A stretch of 53,130 nt of DNA, the filler included, from Jimgerdemannia flammicorona (taxonomy: Eukaryota): assembly GCA_003990765.1 (NCBI GenBank). It is 3 parts of 3 records of this genome, joined end to end, with 100 filler letters (N's around TTAATTAATTAA, not from the genome) between each part and the next. Parts side by side here need not be neighbours in the genome. Positions count along the whole stretch, not along the records: positions 1 to 17,646 come from RBNJ01002461.1; positions 17,747 to 35,389 come from RBNJ01002462.1; 1 more part is not named here. One strand, written 5' to 3'. Of this stretch, positions 12,387-23,361 are shown one piece after another. Within the stretch, counting starts at the first letter, position 1. Each line of letters begins with the position of its first letter. Both the position numbers and the translations under genes were made by a program. The notes under the pieces were generated by a model, which ran no database searches, had not been told where the DNA came from, and worked only from the letters and a program-made list of their open reading frames with translations.

Positions 12387-15300
12387 ATGTGACTTTTCAG
12401 CTCACAAGAACCCACAGTCAAACTGGATATATTTGATATAACACCAACCTCTGCCACTACAGAAGAACCAGTCATCACTAGCATTTGGACAGGAAGAGAA
12501 GTAATTACCTCAAGACTTGCCAACTACCCAGCATCAGAAGGATCCCAACCAGAAGCAGGAGGCAGTACAGCCCGAAATCCTCAACCAGATCAACCAGATC
12601 AACCAGACAATACAGACAGCCCTGCTGGAGATTTTGGAGAACTTGCACAAGAATTAGAAGACTTTATTACCTAGACCCAACACTTTACAGCCAGACACCC
12701 CACACCAGTCCCACCAATCTCACCAATAGAACCCCTACCACAACCTCTTGCAGAACCAGAAGTAGCTCCTACAAGAATACCTAGGCCTATTCCACCTCAC
12801 CCAAGGACCAGAACACCATCTTCAGAATACCCAAGCTCCCCCACCTCTAGTGACAGTTCAGAAAGCGAATCAGAATCAGAATCCGAACCTGAACCAGAAT
12901 CAGAAGAAAGTGACAATGAAATGGCCACCTCATTGCCAACCTTTGCAGGATACTCAGAGGAGGACCCCAGAGAATTCCTCGATGGAATTGAAGGAATTGC
13001 AGCCTTAGAAACCTCTCAGATGAAAGAAAAATAGCCATCTACAAAGCCCAGCTCAGAGAACCAGCCAGAGGAATTTTCCATCAAACAGCAAACAACTGAG
13101 ATTCAGAACTAGTAAGACAGATACAAGCAGCAATGTCTTATGAGCTAGAATATGAGGCCATGGTCCATTGGCTCATTGAAAAATATGCAGGAAATGAAAC
13201 CCACCACAAGGCTCAGGAATCTATCATGGGAATGAAGATGAATCTTGAAGAATCACCCAGAGCCTTCTTCACAAGAATCCAGAAGAGAATGCATTCTGCA
13301 GGGTTTAATGCCACCAACCAGGACATTATAGGCCCAATGATCTTCATGAATAGAAATCCCCCAAATATTGCCCAGTATGTCCACATCTTAGGCATCAGAA
13401 GGTCTGAAGAGCAAGTAGATGCAGCCCAAGGATTCTTTGATGTCAGGCAAGGAACTACCTGGAGTGACCATGACAAGAAGGAAGATAAAGAAGATATCCT
13501 GGTCAAAGCCCTGCAAGGACTCCTCCAAGGCCAAGAAAGATCTGAAGAAAGAAGGCCAGCCAAGGAAGGAAAGAAGGACAGAAGTGAAATCCAAGACCTC
13601 AGCTCCAAGTTAGATCGATTGATTGGGCAGATTGAAAAACTCACTATATGCAAAAATTGGAGCTACCAAGACAACAGAGGATACCCACCACAGAGGAGCC
13701 AAGGTTATCTGCCAAGGGATAACAGGAATTACCAGCAAGAAGAAAGAAGGTACCCTGCCTGAGACAGAGCCCAAGTCCAATGTTTTCACTGTAGACAATT
13801 CAGACACTATGCCACTGAATGTGACAACAAAAGAAGTGACCGAAGGGACTCAGAACCACCAAACCAAAGGAATGACACCCAGTACAAGAAGACTGAAGCC
13901 CATCCTGTTGAAGATTTTGAGGAAGCAAGCAACAGTGAAGACTACAGTGACCTAGACTTGTATCCTACCAAGGTTACTACCCGAAAGACAGTCTACCCAG
14001 CAGAAAAAAGAAAGAGTCCTGTGGGAAGACCATCCAGGAACATCAGCAGAAGAATCATTCAAGAAGAAGATGAAGAACATGAGGAGGAACAAGTTGAAAC
14101 ACCTCCCCAAACCCCCTTACCTTTTGTGCCTGAGACAAATGAGTTGCCACCAGAAGATGAAGAAATGGAACAAGAAGAATGGGAACCTGCTGCTCCAAAG
14201 TCTAAGAAGAAGTAAACCCTGAAGACCATACCTAGGGATATTTACAATGAAGCCTGGCAGAAGATTCAAGAAGCCAAGATGGAAGTCCCTCTCCTGCAGT
14301 TCTTGCAATTGACACCAGCTGGAGTCCGAAACAAATTGCTGAGAACCACCAGGTCTAGCACTGGCCGAGTTCCAATCCCACAGCAAGAACCAGCTTCCAT
14401 CCCAGTCCAAGCAGCTGAAAGACATGTCAGCACCTACTTACATGGAGATATTGGAGGACAAAAGGCGAAAATCCTCATAGATATAGGAGCAGCTGTCTGT
14501 GTCATTGTGAAACGATTCTTGGATACCCTCCAATGGCCCATTGATGGACCATCCAACCTCAGCATCATAGTAGCAGATGGAGCCCGAACTCAACCCCTTG
14601 GAGAAGTATGAAATATCACCATCTCCCTTGGACACATTCAGTTCTCCATCCCCAAAGCTGTTGTCACTGAAGCTGTCACCTATGACATGATTCTTGGCAC
14701 CAACTGGATGAAGGAAATGAATGCAGTTGTTGATATTGGCCAACAAGTACTCAAGTTTGACTACCGAGGCAAGAAGTATAGAGTTAAGGTAACCAGCTAT
14801 GAGCAATCAAAGAAGAAGAAGAAGGTCACAATTCAAGAAGAATATGCCAGCAGTGAGGAGTCTACTACAGAAGAGGAAGAAGAATCCGAAGATGGAAATG
14901 ATCCCAGACTCAATCCACGAATTAACCTGGTGGATGACAGACCAGAAGACAATGTGTGGGCCAAGAACACTATCCCTATCACCATTGGAGCCATTGCAGG
15001 AGAAGCCAAAGGATGCCCCACATGCCTCAAGAGACACAAGTGTTCCAAGCACTCCTCCAAGATCATGGGAAAAAGGAAATCGCCTGGTACAGCCTGCCCA
15101 GAATGCAGGAGAAAGAAGAAGAAATGCAGACATGTTCCAGAAACACCTGCGACCAAAGCTGCAGAAGTACAAGCAATTTGGGGTCAAGAATTATCTGAGG
15201 AAGAAGAAACTTCTGACCAGGAAGTTCCTGAACAAGAAGCACCTGATGAAGAAGAAGTCCCCAAACTCATCCCCTGGGATGACCCTCGCTGGACACCACC

Positions 15301-16921
15301 TGAAGACAATGACCCCTGGAATACAGAGGAAGGACCCAGTACTATCACCATTATCCCTAAGAAAGAAACCCACCAAGAGAAAGCTTTCCAGCTAGGAAGA
15401 TGTGCACATCAAATGGTCTTCCACTCTCTCCGAGACTACTGCTATCAGTGTCATCTGTTAGACCAACAAGAAAGACAGAGACCCCAGAGACCAGAACCCC
15501 CAACTACTCTTGAACAGTCTACCATCTTTCAGGAAGTCACCACAAGGTTACAAAGTCGATTTAGAGGACAAGGCTCCTTTACCCAGACAGAAATATACCC
15601 CTTGTCTACCCTTCCCCCAACCTATGATCAAGATGGGTACCAATTCCCAAGGCAACAAGAGATAAATAGCTGGGAATATCATTTCCGAGCAATGGGATAT
15701 TGCAACCATGGAAGACACCCTGACTGCCAAGACTGCAGACATCAGAAGATTCACCTCAGTCATGACGTTGCAGTGCACACCCTGAAGAAAGGAGATAACC
15801 GAGGCCAGATTCGAAAAAGTCAGATTCGAAAAAGCCAGACCAAGAAGCCTGGAAAAAGAATTCTCAAGATCTACGATCTAGGAGAAGACATCCTAGCTCT
15901 CATCAGACATATAACCCACCAAGGATGGGCAGAAGATGCCACCAACTTCATGGAAGCCCTTGACCCTACAGGAAGAAGGGGAATCAATTACCTCCAAGAC
16001 CCCTCTACTGGAGCCAGATGGCCACACCTCAACCTTAGAGCTTGGAGGCTTTCTGCTAGTGGAGCTTCAGCCTTAGGAAAGCCTGAACTCAGCAAGGACA
16101 TTGCCCAGTATGCCCTGCTGCACCCCAAGGCCAAACCCCCGACCAAAGCCCACCCAGAGGATGTAGGATATGATCTTCACAGCCTAGAGGATGAATCCAT
16201 CAAGCCTGGAAAAACCTTCATGGTCAGAACTGGATTAGCAATGCAGCCACCTCAAGAAGCCTATATTCAACTGACCTCAAGGTCTGGACTTGCCAGACAA
16301 GGGATAACTATAGAAGGAGGAACCATTGACCCTGGATATACAGGCGAAATCAAGGTTATCCTACACAACAGCAGTGCAGAATGGCACCAAATCATTAGAG
16401 GACAGAAGATTGCCCAAGCAGTCTTCATGAAGGTCAAGACCCCACAGTTACAAGAAGTCTCTGAACTAATGGAAGGAACAAGACAAGCCAAGGGATTTGG
16501 AAGTTCAGACAGAAAAGAAGTACACCTCCTTCAAGTCAACTGCCTCAAGAAGAATGTTCCCCAGCAAGTATACCGGCAACCAGTCAGACTACACAAGAAT
16601 CTCATCCTGGAGCCTGGAGAACAAACCACCTTCGAAATATTTGCACCACTCGACCCCAGAAACCTTTTCTTTGAACCCAAGGAAGATATCCCACACCTAG
16701 ACATAGAGGGACACACATTCCCTGACAAGATGAACCCAGTACACTCCCGAGCAACCAACCAAAGTTGGGAGACCATCATCCTGCCAAAAGGAACCATCAT
16801 AGGACATCTGGTGCCTTTTCTCAACCAAACTCATAGGGAAGTTTACGAACTAAACCTATCAGGAAATGGCAAAAGGTCCCAGAAGAAAGGAAAGGCCCCT
16901 CTGCCACCCAGGAGACAGTGA
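12387..16921 (+). pseudogene. ORF1 polyprotein: Gag (CCHC) - aspartic protease - Cys/His-rich insert - dUTPase - dUTPase-like domain
   Basis: ORF fragments starting at 13133, 13958, 14279 and 14687 share one frame and are separated only by point-mutation stops. A 1-nt deletion near 13008 relative to copy B explains the upstream frame. Motifs: MATSLPTFAGYSEEDPREFL, CFHCRQFRHYATEC (about 13781-13822), KILIDIGAAV (D-T/S-G site mutated), MILGTNWM. Confidence 0.88.
16115..16510 (+). CDS. dut: Trimeric-type dUTPase domain within ORF1
   Basis: All five motifs are present: (A>V)GYDL, SRSGLA, GTIDPGYTGEI, GQKIAQ, RQAKGFGSS. Confidence 0.95.
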
Positions 16922-17646
16922 AGCCTTCCACCAACATTGGAGAAGAATTGACACCTCAACAACAGCAACAACTAGTAGAACTTCTCAACAAATATCAAAA
17001 TATCTTTACCACCAACTATGGCAATCTGCCATACAACCCATCATATCACCACAGCATAAATACAGGAAGTGCAACACCCATCCAGCAGAAACCCTATAGA
17101 ATACCCCATTACTTGAAAACATTCGAAAAGGAGCACATCCAAGAACTCTTAGACAATGGAGTCATCCGACCCTCTACCAGCCCCTGGGCCAGCCCTATAC
17201 TTATTGTGCCAAAGAAAGGAGGATGGAGACTCTGCATGGATTATAGAAAACTCAACTCAGTCACTGAAAAGGACGCTAATCCTTTGCCCAGAATTGATGA
17301 CCTTTTGGACCAGTTACAAGATGCCAGATATTTCAGCAGTATGGACCTCTTCGCGGGATTCCATGAGATCTCCATGGACCCCAAGGACATTCAAAAGACA
17401 GCCTTCCTTGCTCTAGGAAAATTGTTTGAATACCTCCGAATGCCCTTTGGACTTTGCAATGCACCATCTACCTTCCAGAGGATGATGAATTCAGTCTATG
17501 CCCCCTTGATCCACCACTATCTGATTGTATACATGGATGATTCCAACATCTATTCAGCAAATTTTGAAGAACACCTGCACCACCTAGAGGAATTCTTCAA
17601 GCTCACCCGCAAGAATCACTTGAGACTGAATGCAAAGAAATACTAC
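16837..17646 (+). CDS. Gypsy reverse transcriptase (partial), in the -1 frame relative to ORF1
   Basis: PIQQKPYRIP, VIRPSTSPWASPILIVPKK, WRLCMDYRKLN, PLPRIDDLLD, YLRMPFGLCNAPSTFQR, YMDD. The frame is open from 16837 and is cut by the gap. Confidence 0.95.
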
Positions 17647-17746
17647 NNNNNNNNNNNNNNNNNNNNNNNNNNNNNNNNNNNNNNNNNNNNTTAATTAATT
17701 AANNNNNNNNNNNNNNNNNNNNNNNNNNNNNNNNNNNNNNNNNNNN
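17647..17746. other. Assembly gap with six-frame-stop linker
   Basis: N44 + TTAATTAATTAA + N44. Confidence 0.97.

Positions 17747-17809
<63 letters not shown>
17747..17809 (+). repeat. Poly(A) tract, probably the tail of a retroposon inserted into the start of copy B RT
   Basis: About 63 A at the contig start, abutting copy B at the QKPYR codons. Confidence 0.6.
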
Positions 17810-17812
<3 letters not shown>

Positions 17813-20800
17813 ATAGGGTTTCTGTCAGATGGGTGTTGCATTTCCTGTATTTATGTTGTGGTGGTATGATGGATTGTATGGTAGGTTTCCATAATTGGTG
17901 GTGAAGATATCTTGATATTTGTTAAGAAGTTCTACTAAATGTTGTTGTTGTTGGCATGTCAATTCTTCTCCAATGTTGGTGGAAGGCTTCACTATTTCCT
18001 GGGTCGCAGAGGGGCCTTTCCTTTCTTCTGGGACCTTTTGCTGTTTCCCAATAGGTTTAGTTCATAAACTTCCCTATGAGTTCAGTTAAGAAAAGGTACC
18101 AGGTGTCCTATGATGGTTCCTTTTAGCAAAATGATGGTTTCCCAACTTCGGTTGGTTGCTCAGGAGTGTACTGGGTTCATCTTGTCAGAGAGTGTGTGTC
18201 CCTCTATGTCCAGATGGAGAATATCTTCCTTGGGTTCAAAGAAAAGGTTTCTGGGATTGGGTGGTGCAAATATTTCAAAGGTTGTTTGTTTGCTGGGCTC
18301 TAGGATAAGATTCTTATGCAGCCTGACTGGTTGCTGGTACACTTGCTGGGGAACATTTCTCTTAAGGTAGTTGACTTGAAGGAGGTATACTTCCTTTCTG
18401 TCTGAACTTCCAAATCTCTTGGCTTGTCTTGTTCCTTCAGTTAGTTCAGAGACTTCTTGTAACTGTGGGGTCTTGACTTTCATGAAGACTGCTTGGGCAA
18501 TCTTCTGTCCTCTAATGATTCAGTGGCATTCTGCACTGCTGTTTTGTAAGATAACCTTGATTTCGCCTATATATCCTGGGTCAATGGTTCCTCCTTCCAT
18601 GGTTATTCCTTGTCTGGTGAGTCCAGACCTTGAGGTCAGTTGGATGTAAGCTCCTTGGGGTGGCTGCATGACTAATCTGGTTCTGATCATGAAGGTTTTT
18701 CCAGGCTTGATAGATTCATCCTCTAGGCTGTAAAGATCATACATATTCTACATCCTCTAGGTGGGCTTTGGTCAGAGGTTTGGCCTTGGGGTGCAGCAGG
18801 GCATACTGGGCAATATCCTTGCTAAGTTCAGGCTTTCCTAAGGCTGAAGCTCCACTAGCAGAGAGCCTCCAAGCTCTAAGGTTGAGGTGTAGCCATCTGG
18901 CTCCAGTAGAGTGATGGAGACAGTGTTTTTGGCCCATACATTGTCCTCTGGTCTATCATCCACTAGGTTAATTTGGGGGTTGAGTCTGGGATCATTTCCA
19001 TCTTCAGATTCTTCTTCCTCCTCTGTGGTAGACTCTTTACTGCTGGCATATTCTTCCTGAATAGTAACCTTCTTCTTCTTCTTTGATTGCTTATAGCTGG
19101 TCACCTTAACTCTATACTTCTTGCCTCAGTAATCAAACTTGAGTACTTGTTGGCCAATATCAACAACTGTATTCATTTCCTTCATCCAGTTGGTGCCAAG
19201 AATCATGTCATAGGTAGTGCTCCCAATGAATTGAATCAAATCAAATTTGGCCCAAACTCAATTTGATTCGATCAAATCAAGGGTCCAATTCGATTCGATT
19301 CGAACCAAATAAAAGGTCCAATTTGATTTGAAGTTCAATTTGATCCTTAATTTTCAAAATGTAATAACTCAACGAAATCTCATCCAAATTTAACATATTT
19401 TAGCTTGTTAGATTCACCGTAATAATGTGATTCTAACAGGCTAAAGTACATTTGATTTGGATAAGTTTATGCCGAGGTATTGCATTTTGAAAATTAGGGT
19501 TCGAATCAGACCCTCAATTCGATTCGACTTTTGATTCGATTCGAATTGATTCAAATTGAAAAATCCCCAATTCGATTTGACTTGTTTAACCCTCAATTCA
19601 ATTCAATTCGAATTGATTCGACTTGTTTGGGAGCACTAGTCATAGGTGACAGCTTCGGTGACAATAGCTTTGGAGATGGAGAACTGAATGTGTCCAATGG
19701 AGATAGTGATATTTCATACTTCTCCAAGGGGTTGAGTTCAGGCTCCATCTGCTACTATGATGCTGAGGTTGGATGGTCCATCAATGGGCCATTGGAGGGT
19801 GTCCAGGAACTATTTGGCAATGATACAGAGAGCTGCTCCTATGTCTATGAGGATCTTTGCCTTTTGTCCTCCAATGTCTCCATGTAGGTAGGTGCTGACA
19901 TGTCTTTCAGCTGCCTGGACAGGAATGGGAACTGGTTCTTGCCATGGTATTGGGACTCAGTCTATGCTAGACCTGGTGGTTCTCAACAATTTGTTTTGGA
20001 CTCCAGCTGGTATCAGTTGTGGGAACTGCAGGAGGGGGACTTCCATCTTGGCCTCTTGGATCTTCTGCCAGATTTCATTGTAGATATATCTAGGCATGGT
20101 CTTTGGGGTGTACTTTTTCTTGGGCTTTGGGGCAACAGGTTCCCATTCTTCTTATTCCATTTCTTCATCCTCTGGTGGCAGCTCATTTGTCTTAGGGGCA
20201 AAAGGTGAGGGGGTTCAGGGAGGTGTTTCTACTTGTTCTTCTTCATGTTCTTCATCTTCCCCTTGGATGATTCTTCTGCTAATATTCCTGGATGGTCTTC
20301 CTACAGGTCTCTTTCTCTTCTCTGCTGGATAGACTGTTTTCATGGTAACCTTGGTAGGGTACAAGTCCAGGTCACTATAGTCTTCACTATTGCTTGCTTC
20401 CTCGAAATCTTCCACAGGATGGGCTTCAGTCTTCTTGTACTGAGTGTCATTCCTTCAGTTTGGTGGTTCTGAGTCCCTTTGGTCACTTCTTTTGTTGTTA
20501 TATTCAGTGGCATAGTGTCTGAATTGTCCACAGTGGAAGCATTGGACTTGGGCTCTGTCTCAGACAGAGTACCTTCTATCTTCTTGCTGGTAATTCTTAT
20601 TATCTCTTGGTAGATAACCTTGGCTCCTCTGTGGTGGATATCCTTTATAGCTCTGATTTTTGCATGTAGTGAGTTTTTTAATCTGTCTAACCAATCAGTC
20701 CAACTTAGAGCTAAGGTCTCATATTTCACTTCTGTCCTTTCTTTCTTCCTTAGCTGGCCTTCTTTTTTTGAATCTTTCTTATCCTTGAAGGAGTCCTTGT

Positions 20801-23302
20801 AGGGCTTTGACCAGGATGTCTTCTTTTTCTTCTTTCCTGTCATGATTGCTTTAGGTAGTTCCTTGTCTGACATTGAAGAATCCTTGGACTGCATCTACTT
20901 GCTCTTCAGACCTTCTGATGCCTAGGGTGCGAACATACTGGGCAATGTTTGGAGGAATTCCATTCATGAAGGTCATTGGACTGATGATGTCCTGGTTGGT
21001 GGCATTGAACCTGGCAGGATGCATTCTCTTCTGGATTCTTGTGAAGAAGGTTCTAGGTGATTCTCCAAGATTCATCTTCATTCCCATGATGGATTCCTGA
21101 GCCTTGTGGTGGGTTTTGTTTCCTGCATACTTTTCAATGAGCCAGTAGACTGTGGCCACATATTCTAGCTCATAAGATACTGCTGCATATATCTGTCTTG
21201 CCAATTCTGAGTCAGAGTTGTTTGCTGTTCAATGGAAAATCCCTCTGGCTGGTTCTCTGAGCTGAGCCTTATAAATGGCGATTTTTCTTTTATCTGAGAG
21301 ATTCCTCAGGGCTGCGATTCCTTCAATTCCATCATGGAATTCTCTGGGGTCTTCCTCCAGATATCCTGCAAAGGTTGGCAATGGGGTGCCATTTCTTCGT
21401 CACTTTCTTCTGATTCTGGTTCAGATTCAGATTCAGATTCTGATTCACTTTCTGAGCTGTCACTAGAGATGGGGGTACTTGGGTATCTTGGGGATAGTGT
21501 TCTGGATTTTGGACCAAATGGAATAAGTCTAGGTATTCTTGTATGAGCTACTTCCAACTCTGCAAGGGGTTGTGGTAACGGTTCTATTGGTGAGATTGGT
21601 GGGACTGATATGGGGTGTCTGGCTGTAAGGTCTCAGGTTCATGTGATAAGATCTTCTAGTTCTTGTGCAAGTTCTTGGAAATTTCTAGCAGAGCTGTCTG
21701 TATTGTCTGGTTGATCTGGTTGGGGATTTCGAGCTGTATTGCCTTCTGGTTGGGAACCTTCTGATACTGGGTAGTTGGCAAGTCTTGATGTAATTACTTC
21801 TCTTCCTGTCCAGATGCTGTTGATAACTGGTTCTCCTGTAGTAGCAGAGGTTGGTATTGTATCAAATGTATCCAGTTTGACCTTGGGTTCTTGTGAGCTG
21901 AAAAGTCATGTCAATTTTTGAAATCTTCCCAGTTGAGCCCCCAAATGTAACATGCCTGGCTCAATGGAGGCAAATTACAAGATTGGGGGTTAATGTAGTT
22001 TGGCTTGAGCCCCTAGTTACTTTGTCAAAAAGCAACAAAATGTTCTATGATTTCTGAGGTCCTTGGTGTCTAGTGGTATAATAGTCAAAAGCTGGATATC
22101 TGTAAGCAGTTTCCTTTTTGGGACTGTTCTCTGGGTGTAGTGGCGATTTGTGTGAATGGGTTTCCTTCTTGGGTTAACTGGGAATAGGTAGGATTCTGTG
22201 TATGGCATGACGATCTCCAAAAGTATGCAATTTCTGGGTAACGATCTTGTGTAGCACAACCATCTTCTGAGTGTGACAGTCTGGCAATTTAATGGTTCTC
22301 CTTATGCAATTTCTGCATGATGATCTCTATGTAGCATGATGGGTTCCTTATGTGGGACATTCTGATAATTTGGTGGATAACTTGATTTGGCTCACTGGGA
22401 ATAATAAATAATTTCGATGTTGTGGATAACTTGGGCTTTTCTGGGAATAATACTCTGGTGGTGTGGGTCTTCTGGGAATACATATAACTTGGAAACAGCG
22501 GGTGACATAGACTCTTCCTAAGTTAGCAGTTCTCTGGGAAAGAACTTGGATAGTGCAGATTCATCTGAATCAGTAACTTTAACTGGGAATACTACTGGCA
22601 TGGATTCTTTCTAAATCGGCGGCTCTTCTGGGAATATAATGGCATAGATTCTTCCTGAATCGGTGGCTTTAACTGGGAATACAATGGTGTAGATTCTTCC
22701 TGAATCAGTGGCTTTAACTGGGAAATGGCAGCAAAGTTCTTCCTTGAACTTGGGAGGCAAATCTTCAGGCTTATCTGACAAGTAAACCAAAAACAGACTC
22801 ATTCTTTATATCAGAAAGTGGACTGGAGTGGAAGAGAAGAGAACTAAGCTCACAACTTCTTGGCAGTGGCTCATCGGCAGATATATCTCCTAAGTGTTGC
22901 AATCCTTCCTAGATCAAGTGGCTTTTGGCAGGCATTCCTCCTAAGTGTACCAGATAATTGACTTTTGCTTTGGTTTGTATTCAACTTTTGGACTGAGGTT
23001 TATTCACTCTTGTCTCTGGGGTAATTTATATATTGTGATTGCTATCTGGTTACTATGTGGCTAATTATAGGTTTTCTATTTGTGGCAGGTGTATAGAGTC
23101 TGTACAGCATACAGGACCTGTACAGTATATAGAGTCTGTATGGTGTACAGAGTCTGTACAGGTAAACAGACCCTTTATGATATATCTGGCTAATTATAGG
23201 TTCTACAGCAATGGTTGCCAGTTACTATACTGTATGTTCATGTCATCTTGGCTAATTATTCATATCATCTGGTTAAGGTATGGTATATCTTAGTTTGTCA
23301 CA
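17810..23302 (-). mobile_element. Ty3/Gypsy copy B (LTR 21946-23302, PBS, Gag, PR, dUTPase at about 18400-18800, start of RT), with a MITE insertion and a ~1 kb internal deletion
   Basis: Colinear reverse-complement homology to copy A. The ORF track shows LTSRSGLTRQGITMEGGTIDPGYIGEI and the Gag segments. Confidence 0.95.
19215..19638. mobile_element. hAT-family MITE (424 bp)
   Basis: TIRs TAGTGCTCCCAA / TTGGGAGCACTA, a perfect 8-bp TSD GTCATAGG (19207-19214 and 19639-19646), and subterminal ATTCG/ATTCA repeats. The empty site is visible in copy A near 14680. Confidence 0.95.
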
Positions 23303-23328
23303 GTATTGATCAACTCCAGCTGTTATTT

Positions 23329-23329
<1 letters not shown>

Positions 23330-23361
<32 letters not shown>

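Larger units (their letters stand above)
10844..17646 (+). mobile_element. Ty3/Gypsy LTR retrotransposon copy A (5' LTR to RT, cut by the contig end), dUTPase-bearing
   Basis: TG...CA LTR, PBS, Gag with CCHC knuckle, protease, dUTPase and Gypsy-type RT in that order. Confidence 0.95.

Noticed and set aside
17647..17746. TTAATTAATTAA palindrome inside N runs (also 35434-35445)
   Set aside because: Artificial six-frame-stop linker between contigs, not biological sequence.
10844..23302. Copies A and B as one giant inverted-repeat element
   Set aside because: They are diverged copies (different LTR arrays, a deletion, a MITE) on separate contigs. The tail-to-tail arrangement spans an artificial join.
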